A stretch of DNA of 43,266 nucleotides from Methanobacteriota archaeon (GTDB lineage: Archaea > Hydrothermarchaeota > Hydrothermarchaeia > Hydrothermarchaeales > JACRDW01), in the NCBI GenBank assembly GCA_043820925.1, contig JBDRDL010000088.1:1-43266 (forward strand). The letters are read 5' to 3'. Positions 9,800 through 18,928 of this stretch are shown piece after piece (within the stretch, counting starts at the first letter, position 1; each line of letters begins with the position of its first letter). Under the pieces are notes generated by a model that was given only the letters and a program-made list of their open reading frames with translations, was not told where the DNA came from and searched no databases. The position numbers and the translations under genes were made by a program.

Positions 9800-10627
9800 T
9801 TGGCTATTGAGAGAAAATTCGTCGCAGACAACATAAGGAAATTAGAGATTAAGGAATTCCTGAAGGGAGAGTTAGGTAGAGCAGGCTGCGGCGAGATAGA
9901 CATTCAAAGGACGCCACTCGGCACGAGAGTAATGGTTAATGCCCAGAAGCCTGGCCTGGTAATTGGCAAAAAAGGAGCTGCAATAAGAAAGCTTACGAAT
10001 ATTTTAAAAAAGAAGTATGGGATTGACAATCCACAGATAGAGGTCAACGAGCTTCAGGTAGCTGAGCTGAATGCGCAGGTTATGGCGGAGAGCGTAGCAT
10101 CCATGCTCGAGCGCGGCATTCACTTTAGAAGAGCTGCATATACTGTACTGCGAAGGATAATGGAGGCAGGGGCCAGAGGAGCAGAAATAGAAATCTCGGG
10201 CAAGCTTACTGGAGAGAGAGCCAAGTCAGTAAAATTTACAGACGGCTACCTGAAGCACTGCGGCGAGCCTGCTATTCTCTACGTAAGGCATGGGATAGCA
10301 GAGGCTGCTCCAAAGCCAGGGATTATGGGAGTCAAAGTGAAGATAATGCCGCCCGGAGTAAAGCTTCCGGACGATATAGAGCTGGTCGGCGAGGAAGAAA
10401 GGGCAGAAAGGAAGAAACTGAAAGTTGGAGAGGGGATAGAGGAGCTGGTAGCAAAAGTTGAGGAAGAGCTGGAAGTAGTCGGTGAAAAAGAAGCTCCAAA
10501 AACAAAGAAAATCAAACCAGAGAAAGTAAAGAGAAAGAAGACAAAGAAGATAGAAGAAGTCGTAGAAGAACCAGAGGAGCTGGAGATAAGCGAGGAAGAA
10601 ACAGAACATGGCGATACTAAGAAGTGA
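9800..10627 (+). CDS. rps3: 30S ribosomal protein S3
   Basis: AIERKFV, KPGLVIGKKG, SGKLTGERA; TTG start after GGTGA; charged C-terminal tail. Confidence 0.95.
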   Translation: MAIERKFVADNIRKLEIKEFLKGELGRAGCGEIDIQRTPLGTRVMVNAQKPGLVIGKKGAAIRKLTNILKKKYGIDNPQIEVNELQVAELNAQVMAESVASMLERGIHFRRAAYTVLRRIMEAGARGAEIEISGKLTGERAKSVKFTDGYLKHCGEPAILYVRHGIAEAAPKPGIMGVKVKIMPPGVKLPDDIELVGEEERAERKKLKVGEGIEELVAKVEEELEVVGEKEAPKTKKIKPEKVKRKKTKKIEEVVEEPEELEISEEETEHGDTKK

Positions 10628-10817
10628 AGAAATTCAGGATTTGTCCATCGAAGAAATGAATGAAAAGCTTGCCGAGCTTCAAGCAGAGCTGCTGCGCCAG
10701 AAGTCGATGATAGCGTCTGGCGGAGCGCCGGAAAATCCCGGTCGTATTAAGGAAATCAGGAAAACAATAGCGAGAATCCTAACAATAAAAACACAGAAGG
10801 AAGGAGTAACCAAATAA
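10608..10817 (+). CDS. rpl29: 50S ribosomal protein L29
   Basis: MAILRSEEI, PENPGRIKEIRKTIARILT. Confidence 0.96.
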   Translation: MAILRSEEIQDLSIEEMNEKLAELQAELLRQKSMIASGGAPENPGRIKEIRKTIARILTIKTQKEGVTK

Positions 10818-11123
10818 ATGGGTGTTTGCGAAGTTTGTGGACTGCCGAAAGAACTTTGCGTGTGCGAGGACATTGCCAGGGAAGCGCAGAAAATCAAAGT
10901 ATATACAGCGAAGCGCAAATTCGGAAAACTCATGACGGTCGTGGAAGGAATAGACGACAGAAATATCGACCTAAAAGAACTTGTGAAAACTCTAAAAACA
11001 GAATGCGCATGCGGCGGAACATTCAAGGATAATCGAATTGAGCTGCAGGGAGATCATAAAGAGAAGGTCCGCAGCATGCTTATGAGAATCGGGTTTTCTG
11101 AAGACCTTATAGAAATAAGATGA
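10818..11123 (+). CDS. sui1: SUI1 translation initiation factor (aIF1)
   Basis: [23 protein letters not shown]. Confidence 0.95.
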   Translation: MGVCEVCGLPKELCVCEDIAREAQKIKVYTAKRKFGKLMTVVEGIDDRNIDLKELVKTLKTECACGGTFKDNRIELQGDHKEKVRSMLMRIGFSEDLIEIR

Positions 11124-11368
11124 TAGCTCGCAAAATTGCAAGGCACGAACTAATCGGATTAAAGTGCAAGATAACACGTGCAACGAATCCAAGTTTAATA
11201 GGACTGGAAGGCATAGTTGTTGACGAAACAAAGCACATGCTCGTATTGAGCAGCGGCATTAGAGAGAAGAAAATCCCGAAGAGAGAAGTCGTGCTGAAAT
11301 TCGGAGAAATCGAGATAGATGGAAAAAAGCTGGTCGGAAGACCCGAAGACAGGGTGAAACTCAGATGA
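11120..11368 (+). CDS. rnp1: Ribonuclease P protein component 1 (Rpp29)
   Basis: [19 protein letters not shown]. Confidence 0.93.
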   Translation: MIARKIARHELIGLKCKITRATNPSLIGLEGIVVDETKHMLVLSSGIREKKIPKREVVLKFGEIEIDGKKLVGRPEDRVKLR

Positions 11369-11715
11369 AAGATATAGGCATAGATATTGCACAGCCAAAA
11401 GAAAAATGCAGTAACAAGAATTGTCCATTTCACGGCGATTTGAAAGTTAGAGGTCAGATAATCGAAGGTAGAGTGGTTAGCGATAAGATGCGCAGGACAG
11501 TCGTGGTCGAGAGGGACTACCTCCATTACCTGAGAAAATTTGAGAGATACGAAAAGAGAAGGTCGAAGATATCTGCGCACAACCCGGAATGCATCGCCGC
11601 AAGAATTGGAGATTCTGTAAAAATCATGGAGTGCAGACCGATAAGCAAGACTAAGAGTTTCGTGGTAATAGAGAAATTCTCAGCACTTCGAAATGCATTC
11701 GCTCCGAAGGAGTGA
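11365..11715 (+). CDS. rps17: 30S ribosomal protein S17 (last ~12 codons derive from a repeat element)
   Basis: [32 protein letters not shown]. Confidence 0.96.
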   Translation: MKDIGIDIAQPKEKCSNKNCPFHGDLKVRGQIIEGRVVSDKMRRTVVVERDYLHYLRKFERYEKRRSKISAHNPECIAARIGDSVKIMECRPISKTKSFVVIEKFSALRNAFAPKE

Positions 11716-11893
11716 GAGCACGAGTATCGCTCATGCCTTCGTTCCTTCGGAACGAGTGCTCAGACCCCTGAGCAATAGCGTGGTTCGCATTTCTCGTGCC
11801 GAGACTCGCTGTCGCACTTGCGTTAGCAAGTATAACGTGGGTCAAGACACGACGAAGAAGGAGCGATAGCGACGACTGAGGAAGTGGATTGAA
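11678..11893. repeat. Composite element: type-B (11678-11807, minus) containing cloverleaf module C (11695-11760) + spacer + type-A (11842-11892)
   Basis: Same termini as the 8009-8160 element; the internal module recurs at 20918, 26831 and 35178. Confidence 0.85.
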
Positions 11894-12292
11894 ATGCAGG
11901 GAATAAAAGCTAACATTACTAAGTGCTTGCAGACAGGAACAAGGCTGGAATGCATAGATAATTCGGGCGCAAAAGAAATAGAGATAATATCAGTTATGGG
12001 CTATAGAGGAGTTAGAAGAAGACTGTCAAAAGCAGGCGTGGGCGACTTGGTGGTAGCTTCTGTGAAGAAAGGTACGCCGGAAATGAGAAAGCAAAAAGTG
12101 CATGCAATTATTGTAAGGCAGAGAAAGGAGTATCGCAGACCTAATGGAATAAGAATAAGCTTTGCGGACAATGCTGCAGTGGTTACGAATGAGCTCGGCG
12201 AGCCAAAGGGAAGCGACATCAAAGGACCTGTTGCAAAGGAAGCAGCAGAGAGATGGTCCAAGATAGCCACTCTGGCGAGTATAATAATTTAG
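11894..12292 (+). CDS. rpl14: 50S ribosomal protein L14
   Basis: DNSGAK, VKKGTPEMRK, DNAAVV. Confidence 0.97.
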   Translation: MQGIKANITKCLQTGTRLECIDNSGAKEIEIISVMGYRGVRRRLSKAGVGDLVVASVKKGTPEMRKQKVHAIIVRQRKEYRRPNGIRISFADNAAVVTNELGEPKGSDIKGPVAKEAAERWSKIATLASIII

Positions 12293-12301
12293 GGTATTCT
12301 T

Positions 12302-12631
12302 ATGAGTTCAAAGCAACCGAGAAAGCAGAGAAAAAATTTGTACAGTGCTGCAATGCACAGGAGGCAGAAGCTGGTTGGTGCTGCGCTTTCTGATAAACTC
12401 AGAGAAGAGTATAAGAAGAGGAGCCTGCCTGTAAAAAAAGGCGATACTGTCGAGGTCGTGAGAGGCGACTTCAGGGACCATAAAGGAAAGGTTATCAAAG
12501 TTGACTTGAAGAGTGGAAGAATTTCTGTAGAGGGTGTCGCAGTGCAGAAAGCAGGCGGCAGCGAGCGCTTTTATCCGGTGCACCCTTCAAACGTCAGGAT
12601 TATAAAAGCTGAAAAGAGAGGTAAAAAATGA
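12302..12631 (+). CDS. rpl24: 50S ribosomal protein L24
   Basis: SKQPRKQRK, KOW motif GDTVEVVRG, HPSNV. Confidence 0.96.
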   Translation: MSSKQPRKQRKNLYSAAMHRRQKLVGAALSDKLREEYKKRSLPVKKGDTVEVVRGDFRDHKGKVIKVDLKSGRISVEGVAVQKAGGSERFYPVHPSNVRIIKAEKRGKK

Positions 12632-12790
12632 GCAACCCTTTTGAAAAAAGCGCTGGCGTAAGCAAGCGCAAAGGTATTGCGTCCAGCTTACGCTGGCGGA
12701 AAATTACTTGCATCGGCAAGTACAACAGCGGGTCAAGACACGACGAGGAGCGAATGAAATGAGCCCCGAGGAAGTGGATTGAAAATGAGC
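12625..12790 (+). repeat. Composite junction element flanked by AAAATGAGC direct repeats; type-A hairpin 12733-12782
   Basis: The type-A copy differs from 8100-8149 by one base. ACTTGC-ATCG-GCAAGTACAAC spacer. Confidence 0.85.
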
Positions 12791-13498
12791 CATCTAAAAA
12801 GGCTTGCGGCTCCGAAAAGCTGGAGAATTGGAAGAAAGGAGAAGAAGTTCGTAGTTAAGCCTGTGCCAGGACCTCATAAAATAGAGGAATCCATACCGCT
12901 TTTGCTAGTGGTTAGGGACATTTTGGGTTATGCGAAGACGAGCAGAGAGGCTAAAAAAATAATCAACGAAGGCAGGATAGTTGTCGACAAAAAAATCAGG
13001 AGAGACCTCAGATTTCCGGCGGGTTTGATGGACATCATCGAAATTCCGACAACGAATGAGGGGTGGATTGTTCTCTTAGACGGGAAAGGGAAATTAACCC
13101 TAAAGAATATTTCAAAAAACAGCTCGAGGTACAAGCTCTGCAAAATTGTGAATAAAACGGTCGTGAAAGGAGGCAACATTCAGCTGAATCTTCATGACGG
13201 ACGAAACTTTTTGGTTGAGAAAGAAAAGGATGAATATAAGACGAAGGACGCTTTACTTTTGGACTTGGAGAAAAATGCAATCAAGAAGCACCTGCATTTC
13301 AAAGAGGGTAGCTTCGCATTCATAACTGGAGGAAAGCACAAGTCTGAGATAGGCAGAATAGAGGAGATAAAGAAGATCAGAAGTAGCATGCCGAACATCG
13401 TAGTTCTCAGCAAAGATAACGAAAAATTCCAGACAGTCGAGGACTATGTTTTTGTAATTGGGGAGAAGAAGATAGCAATTCCCGAGGTGGCAAAATGA
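12785..13498 (+). CDS. rps4e: 30S ribosomal protein S4e
   Basis: [24 protein letters not shown]. Confidence 0.97.
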   Translation: MSHLKRLAAPKSWRIGRKEKKFVVKPVPGPHKIEESIPLLLVVRDILGYAKTSREAKKIINEGRIVVDKKIRRDLRFPAGLMDIIEIPTTNEGWIVLLDGKGKLTLKNISKNSSRYKLCKIVNKTVVKGGNIQLNLHDGRNFLVEKEKDEYKTKDALLLDLEKNAIKKHLHFKEGSFAFITGGKHKSEIGRIEEIKKIRSSMPNIVVLSKDNEKFQTVEDYVFVIGEKKIAIPEVAK

Positions 13499-14004
13499 AT
13501 GTCATGCGGGAGCTCAGAATCTCCAAAGTTACAGTTAACATGGGCGTCGGTGAAGGCGGAGAAAAGCTGGCGAAGGCTGAGAATCTACTGGAGAAGCTGA
13601 CGGAGCAGAAGCCGGTGAAAACCCTTGCCAAGAGTACGAATCCAACCTTTGGAATAAGGAAGGGTGTTCCAATTGCCTGCAAGGTTACGCTGCGGAAAGA
13701 GAAGGCAGAAAAGTTCTTGAAAAAAGCGATAGATGCTGTGGAGCGCAAGCTTAAAAGCACCAATTTCGACAACCAGGGCAATGTTTCTTTCGGGATAAAG
13801 GAGCACATAGATATACCGGGAGTAAGATATGACCCTGCGGTCGGAATATTCGGGATGGACGTTTGTTTAACTGTAGAGCGCCCGGGCTATAGAATTAAGA
13901 GGAGAAAAGTATCGCAAAGGAAAATTTCTAAGAGCCACCGCATTACCAGAGAAGAGGCTATAAACTTTATGAAAGAAAAATACAATGTTTCTGTGGGGGA
14001 ATAA
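13495..14004 (+). CDS. rpl5: 50S ribosomal protein L5
   Basis: [30 protein letters not shown]. Confidence 0.97.
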   Translation: MNVMRELRISKVTVNMGVGEGGEKLAKAENLLEKLTEQKPVKTLAKSTNPTFGIRKGVPIACKVTLRKEKAEKFLKKAIDAVERKLKSTNFDNQGNVSFGIKEHIDIPGVRYDPAVGIFGMDVCLTVERPGYRIKRRKVSQRKISKSHRITREEAINFMKEKYNVSVGE

Positions 14005-14022
14005 CTGAAGGAGTGTTCGAAA

Positions 14023-14169
14023 ATGCCCAAGACAAAGGTAGGAAAGGGCACCCGTCAGTGCAGAAGATGCGGGTCGCACGGACCTGTTATCCGAAGGTAC
14101 GGCTTATACATATGCAGGCACTGCTTCAGGGAAGTAGCTACCGAGATAGGATTCAAAAAATATGAGTAG
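14023..14169 (+). CDS. rps14: 30S ribosomal protein S14 (Zn-binding); not in the ORF track
   Basis: Hand translation: [48 protein letters not shown]. Confidence 0.95.
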   Translation: MPKTKVGKGTRQCRRCGSHGPVIRRYGLYICRHCFREVATEIGFKKYE

Positions 14170-14256
14170 GTGAGCCTTTTTGATTTCATCAAAAACCCTC
14201 GGGAAAAAAAATGATGGTCAAACTTTCAAAAGTTTGATAGGATTCAAAAAATATGA
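14145..14256 (+). repeat. Palindromic insert bracketed by a 21-bp direct repeat of the rps14 3' end
   Basis: GATAGGATTCAAAAAATATGA at 14145-14165 and 14236-14256. Internal TTTTTGAT-TTC-ATCAAAAA and CAAACTTT-CA-AAAGTTTG hairpins. Confidence 0.85.
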
Positions 14257-14269
14257 ATGAGGTTATATT

Positions 14270-14659
14270 ATGCTGGTAGATCCGCTTGCAGATGCGCTTT
14301 CTAACCTGAAGAACAATGAAAGAACAGGAAATTTAGAATGCATTATCAAGCCTGCATCCAAGATGATTGGCAAGGTGCTCAAAGTTATGCAGGACCATGG
14401 TTACCTCGGAGAATTCGAGTTCATCGAGGACGGCAGGGCAGGAAAATTCAAAGTCAAGCTCGTGGGCAAGATAAATAACTGCGGAGTAATAAGACCCCGC
14501 TACCCGGTGAATAAAAGAAATTTTGAAATCTTTGAAAAGCGATTGCTGCCGGCGAGTGGATTCGGCATATTGATTCTAACAACTCCCTTGGGAGTTATAT
14601 CGCACAATGAAGCGAGAGAAAAAAACACAGGAGGCAGGCTGCTAGCTTTTGTTTATTAG
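14270..14659 (+). CDS. rps8: 30S ribosomal protein S8
   Basis: [26 protein letters not shown]. Confidence 0.97.
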   Translation: MLVDPLADALSNLKNNERTGNLECIIKPASKMIGKVLKVMQDHGYLGEFEFIEDGRAGKFKVKLVGKINNCGVIRPRYPVNKRNFEIFEKRLLPASGFGILILTTPLGVISHNEAREKNTGGRLLAFVY

Positions 14660-14672
14660 TCTGGTGTTTGGC

Positions 14673-15215
14673 ATGGTCGAAGTAATAGAAGAGAGAATAA
14701 AGATTCCGGAGAAAGTGGAAGTAGAGCTGCAGGAGGGGGCAGTAAAGATTAAGGGACCGAACGGCGAGGTAATGAGGAGGTTATACTATCCCGGAATTCA
14801 GATTGCAAAGGAAGGCAGAGAGATAATAGTCAGGGCAGAAAATCCCAAGAAGAGGCAGAAGGCTATCGCAGGCACTTTCGCTTCGCACATACGAAATATG
14901 CTCAAGGGAGTTACCGAGGGTTTTGAGTACAAGATGAAGGTGGTTTATTCTCATTTCCCGATCACAGTTAAAGTTGCAGGGAAAGAGATACTCGTTGAGA
15001 ATTACCTCGGCGAAAAAACTCCGAGAAAAACGCAAATCGTCGGCAGCTGCGCTGTCAGGGTGAAGGGCACTGAAGTTGCCGTGCTCGGAAGCGATGTTGA
15101 GGAAGTAGGCCAGACAGTTGCGAATATAGAGCAGCTCGCCAGAGCGCACAAGAAGGATATAAGGGTATTTCAGGACGGCATTTACCTGGTTGAGAGGGAC
15201 GGTGTGAAGGTATGA
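14673..15215 (+). CDS. rpl6: 50S ribosomal protein L6
   Basis: KGVTEGF, YSHFP, DIRVFQDGIY. Confidence 0.96.
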   Translation: MVEVIEERIKIPEKVEVELQEGAVKIKGPNGEVMRRLYYPGIQIAKEGREIIVRAENPKKRQKAIAGTFASHIRNMLKGVTEGFEYKMKVVYSHFPITVKVAGKEILVENYLGEKTPRKTQIVGSCAVRVKGTEVAVLGSDVEEVGQTVANIEQLARAHKKDIRVFQDGIYLVERDGVKV

Positions 15216-15532
15216 GTAAGGAGTTCAAAAGGGCGGAGTACTTCAGGTACAAAAAGCTCGGCGAGAAGTGGCGCAAGCCAAGAGGCAGGCACCACAAGAT
15301 GAGGAAATACGTAGGTGGAAAGCTGCCCTCGCCTGCGATTGGCTATGCTACCAAAGCAGAGCTGCGCTACCTGCATCCCTCTGGCTATAGAGAAGTTCTG
15401 GTTCATAACCCGAAGGATTTGGAGAGCGTCGATAAAGAGAAGCAGGCAGTGAGAATTTCTGGAAAGGTTGGAAAAAGAAAGAGGGAAATAATCCTGAAAG
15501 AGGCAGAGAAACTGAAATTAAAAGTTCTGTAG
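15212..15532 (+). CDS. rpl32e: 50S ribosomal protein L32e
   Basis: WRKPRG, HPSGYREVLVHN. Confidence 0.95.
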   Translation: MSKEFKRAEYFRYKKLGEKWRKPRGRHHKMRKYVGGKLPSPAIGYATKAELRYLHPSGYREVLVHNPKDLESVDKEKQAVRISGKVGKRKREIILKEAEKLKLKVL

Positions 15533-15541
15533 GAGTTTATT

Positions 15542-15979
15542 ATGCTGAAAACTCAGAGAAGGATAGCAGCATCTATACTTAAGGCCGGCGAGGGAAGGGT
15601 GTGGCTGGACCCGAAGGACAGGGAGTCGATTAGCGCTGCAGTTACGAGAGAGGATATTAAAAAACTAGTCAGCAAAAGAGCTATTCAAGCCAAGCAGAAA
15701 AAGGGAATAAGCAGGTACAGGGCGAAGAAGTTGCGCTTGCAGAGAGCCAAGGGCAGGAGGAAGGGGCACGGCAAGAGGAGCGGCAAAAAAGGAGCGAGGT
15801 TACCGAAGAAGGAAAAATGGATTTCGATTATCAGACCAATCAGAAGAAAACTTGTGGAACTGAGAGATTCCGGGAGAATAGACAAAGCAACCTACAGAAA
15901 GCTCTACTCGCTGGCGAAAGGGGGAGTTTTCAAGAGCAAGTCTCACTTGGATACGTATGTCAAAGAGGTAATCAAATGA
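15542..15979 (+). CDS. rpl19e: 50S ribosomal protein L19e
   Basis: QRRIAASIL, GRRKGHGKRSG, YRKLYSLAKGG. Confidence 0.96.
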   Translation: MLKTQRRIAASILKAGEGRVWLDPKDRESISAAVTREDIKKLVSKRAIQAKQKKGISRYRAKKLRLQRAKGRRKGHGKRSGKKGARLPKKEKWISIIRPIRRKLVELRDSGRIDKATYRKLYSLAKGGVFKSKSHLDTYVKEVIK

Positions 15980-16653
15980 CATTGAGAGAAATTGCGAAAA
16001 GAGTTTTTGAATGTCCAAAAAATAAGAGAGATGAATGTCCTGTTGCTAAAGTGTCTACTGAGATTTATGGAAAGCCGCGTAATCCAGTACCGTACTTAGG
16101 AATTCCGATAAAAGCTAAGTTTATTATTATTGGTATTAATCAAGGTGAGTCGAATATTGAAGATTCTGATTTTGATAATGATCTAGTATGGATGGAAGAC
16201 TTTTTTAATAATAAGGACTTTTTCACCGACTTAATTTGGAAGAATTATGAACGTGCGGCTAGAATTCTTAATTATTCTCCAGAGAACGAAGAAATAATAA
16301 TTACAAATCTTGTTCACTGTCCAACCCTAGGATGGACAAATCCTCCAAAAGAATGGAAGTTAAATAATGAAGAAAAAGAAAGATCAATAGACCTTTGTAA
16401 TCACTTTTGCCTTGAAATAATCAAAGAAGTTAATCCTGAATTAATCCTATTGCATGGGCTTGATGTAGTAAAGTTCTTTAACAAACACTATAACTGGGGC
16501 TTACCTGATAATATAAAAAGCAAGGATATAAATGGGAAAATAAAAGAGGGCGACGGACGAACCTTTGTTTTATCACGACATCTTACAAGATTGGGTGAAA
16601 ACAAAATAGCATGGGAAGAAGCTCTTGAAGAAGCGAGTAAATGTTTGAGGTGA
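15976..16653 (+). CDS. Uracil-DNA glycosylase-like superfamily protein inserted in the spc operon
   Basis: IIIGINQG (motif A-like), [23 protein letters not shown]-terminal SRHL. AT-rich; ATGA overlap with the rpl19e stop. Confidence 0.6.
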   Translation: MTLREIAKRVFECPKNKRDECPVAKVSTEIYGKPRNPVPYLGIPIKAKFIIIGINQGESNIEDSDFDNDLVWMEDFFNNKDFFTDLIWKNYERAARILNYSPENEEIIITNLVHCPTLGWTNPPKEWKLNNEEKERSIDLCNHFCLEIIKEVNPELILLHGLDVVKFFNKHYNWGLPDNIKSKDINGKIKEGDGRTFVLSRHLTRLGENKIAWEEALEEASKCLR

Positions 16654-16655
16654 AT

Positions 16656-17228
16656 ATGGCAACTGGTCCGAGATACAGAGTAGCTTTCAGGCGCAAGCGA
16701 GAAGGCAAGACAGATTATCGAAAGCGCATGAAATTGCTGCTTTCAGAAAAGCCGAGGCTGGTTGTCAGAAAAACGAGCAATCACGTAATTGCACAGTTAG
16801 TAGAGTATTCTCCAGCAGGCGACAGAGTGATAGTTTCCTGCCATTCCAACGAGTTAAAGAAATACGGATGGAAAGGAAGCACATCCAATATTCCCTCTGC
16901 GTATCTCGTTGGACTGCTCGTCGGTCTAAAAGCTGTGAAGAAAGGCGTAAAGGAAGCGGTTTTGGACATAGGTTTGCTTGCCCCTACAAAGAAATCCAAG
17001 GTCTTTGCGGTTTTAAAAGGTTCGGTAAATGCCGGCATGCAAATTCCGCACGACAAGGAAATGCTTCCAGACGAGAGCAGGATAAAAGGAGAGCACATCT
17101 CTAAATATGCTGAACTGCTGAGAGAAGAAAAATTGAAATTTTCAAAATACTTAGAGAGAGGTTTAGAACTGCAAGATTTGTCAAAGCATTTTGATGAAGT
17201 CAGGGAAAAAATTATGGGGGCAAAATGA
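16656..17228 (+). CDS. rpl18: 50S ribosomal protein L18
   Basis: [28 protein letters not shown]. Confidence 0.96.
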   Translation: MATGPRYRVAFRRKREGKTDYRKRMKLLLSEKPRLVVRKTSNHVIAQLVEYSPAGDRVIVSCHSNELKKYGWKGSTSNIPSAYLVGLLVGLKAVKKGVKEAVLDIGLLAPTKKSKVFAVLKGSVNAGMQIPHDKEMLPDESRIKGEHISKYAELLREEKLKFSKYLERGLELQDLSKHFDEVREKIMGAK

Positions 17229-17243
17229 GGAGGTCCTGAAAAA

Positions 17244-17984
17244 ATGGAAGACTGGGAACCTGCAACGAAGTTGGGAAGAATGGTCAAGAGCGGTGAGATT
17301 AAGGATATAGAAGAAGTTTTCAGGTCAGGGCTGCCTGTCATGGAGCCTGAGATTATTGATGTTTTACTGCCAGACATGCAGGAGGAAGTAATAGACATAA
17401 GCATTGTGCAGAGGATGCACAAATCAGGAAGGAGAGTTAGATTTAGAGCAACGGTTGCTGTCGGAAATAAAAATGGTTACGTTGGATTTGGGAAGAACAT
17501 AGCAAAGGAAGTGGGTCCTGCGATAAGGAAGGCGATAAGAGATGCCAAGCTCAACTTTATTGAAGTAAGACGGGGCTGCGGTAGCTGGGAGTGCGGCTGC
17601 GGCAGGGCGCATTCTGTTCCGTTCAAGGTAACTGGCAAGGCAGGCAGCGTCGAAGTTACGCTCCTTCCGGCACCAAGGGGAATAGGTCTTGCAGCCGGCG
17701 ATGTTTCTAAAAAAGTTTTGAGCCTCGCAGGCATCATAGACGTCTGGTCAAAGACAAGCGGCCAGACAAAGACGACGGTAAACACAACTATGGCTACCTT
17801 CGAGGCTTTGAGGCAGACATCGCTGGTAAAACTCTCTGAAAAACAGGCAAGCGTGCTTGGAATCGTTGAGGGAAAAATTGCCCAAGAGCAAAGCGAGAAA
17901 ACCGAAGAGCAGGCGGGTAATGCAGGTGAAGACACGACGAGAAGCGAAAGAAGTGAGCTTCGAGGAGTGGATTCCAATGGGTGA
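17244..17984 (+). CDS. rps5: 30S ribosomal protein S5 (tail partly repeat-derived)
   Basis: [30 protein letters not shown]. Confidence 0.96.
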   Translation: MEDWEPATKLGRMVKSGEIKDIEEVFRSGLPVMEPEIIDVLLPDMQEEVIDISIVQRMHKSGRRVRFRATVAVGNKNGYVGFGKNIAKEVGPAIRKAIRDAKLNFIEVRRGCGSWECGCGRAHSVPFKVTGKAGSVEVTLLPAPRGIGLAAGDVSKKVLSLAGIIDVWSKTSGQTKTTVNTTMATFEALRQTSLVKLSEKQASVLGIVEGKIAQEQSEKTEEQAGNAGEDTTRSERSELRGVDSNG

Positions 17985-18031
17985 AGACGCGAGGAGAAAC
18001 AAGCGTAGCGAAGTTTTGACGAGTGGATTCA
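17925..18031 (+). repeat. Two tandem type-A hairpins inside coding sequence (17927-17975 in rps5; 17982-18031 in rpl30)
   Basis: GGTGAAGACAC...GTGGATTCC and GGGTGAAGACGC...GTGGATTCA, both with GA/GA periodicity. Confidence 0.85.
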
Positions 18032-18492
18032 AAAGAATTGCAGTTGTGCGAGTGAGAGGAAGAACGAGGATTAGAAAAGACATAGAGGATACCCTGAAAA
18101 TGCTGAAGCTTACCAGAGTTAATTACTGCACAATAGTAGATGACAGGGAAACATACTCGGGCATGCTAAGCAAGGTAAAGGATTATGTGACATGGGGAGA
18201 AGTAGACGAGGAAGATGTTGCAGCTATTTTAAAAAATCGGGGCGAGCTTGTTGGAGGAAAAAAGCTTACCGACGACTATGTAAAAAAAAATACTAAGTAC
18301 AGTTCTATAGGCGCCTTTGCCAAATCTTTTGTAAGCTTCGAGGCAGAACTGCAAGAGATTCCAAACTTAAATTTATTCTTTAGATTGCATCCACCGAGAA
18401 AAGGATACAAAGGAATAAAGAGATCGATTAAAGAAGGAGGAGCGCTCGGCAACAGAGGAAAGCTGAAAGAGCTCATCTACAGGATGAGGTAA
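17977..18492 (+). CDS. rpl30: 50S ribosomal protein L30 with a 17-aa repeat-derived N-terminal insertion
   Basis: [33 protein letters not shown]. Confidence 0.93.
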   Translation: MGEDARRNKRSEVLTSGFKRIAVVRVRGRTRIRKDIEDTLKMLKLTRVNYCTIVDDRETYSGMLSKVKDYVTWGEVDEEDVAAILKNRGELVGGKKLTDDYVKKNTKYSSIGAFAKSFVSFEAELQEIPNLNLFFRLHPPRKGYKGIKRSIKEGGALGNRGKLKELIYRMR

Positions 18493-18493
18493 C

Positions 18494-18928
18494 ATGGCAA
18501 CTAAACACAGAAAAATCAGAAAGAAGAGGGGCTCAAGGAGCTGCGGCGGAGGCTCTCACAAGAAAAGGAGAGGAGCCGGGCATCGGGGTGGAAGAGGAGC
18601 TGCAGGTACGCACAAAGGAAAGTGGACCTGGGTTATCAAGTATGACCCTGAGCACTTCGGCGACAGAGGATTTAAGCTACCGCAGTCGGTAAAGCACGAA
18701 TATGCTGCGATAAACGTTGGAGAGCTTGATGAATTAGCTGAAAAAATAGCAGAGAAGGAAAAAGGAAAACTAATCATCGATGTTACCAAGCTGAACTGCG
18801 AGAAGGTTCTTGGAAAAGGCAAGATATCCAAGCCTCTGGTTGTCAAAGCCCTTAGCTTTTCCAAGTCTGCCCTTAAAAAAATAGAGAGTTCTGGCGGCGA
18901 GGCTGTTCTGCTTAAAGGTGCGGAGTGA
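18494..18928 (+). CDS. rpl15: 50S ribosomal protein L15
   Basis: RGSRSCGGG, RGGRGAAG, KVLGKG. Confidence 0.96.
   Translation: MATKHRKIRKKRGSRSCGGGSHKKRRGAGHRGGRGAAGTHKGKWTWVIKYDPEHFGDRGFKLPQSVKHEYAAINVGELDELAEKIAEKEKGKLIIDVTKLNCEKVLGKGKISKPLVVKALSFSKSALKKIESSGGEAVLLKGAE

Noticed and set aside
15817..15975. Upstream extension of the UDG-like ORF
   Set aside because: It overlaps rpl19e; the ATGA-coupled start at 15976 has an SD.
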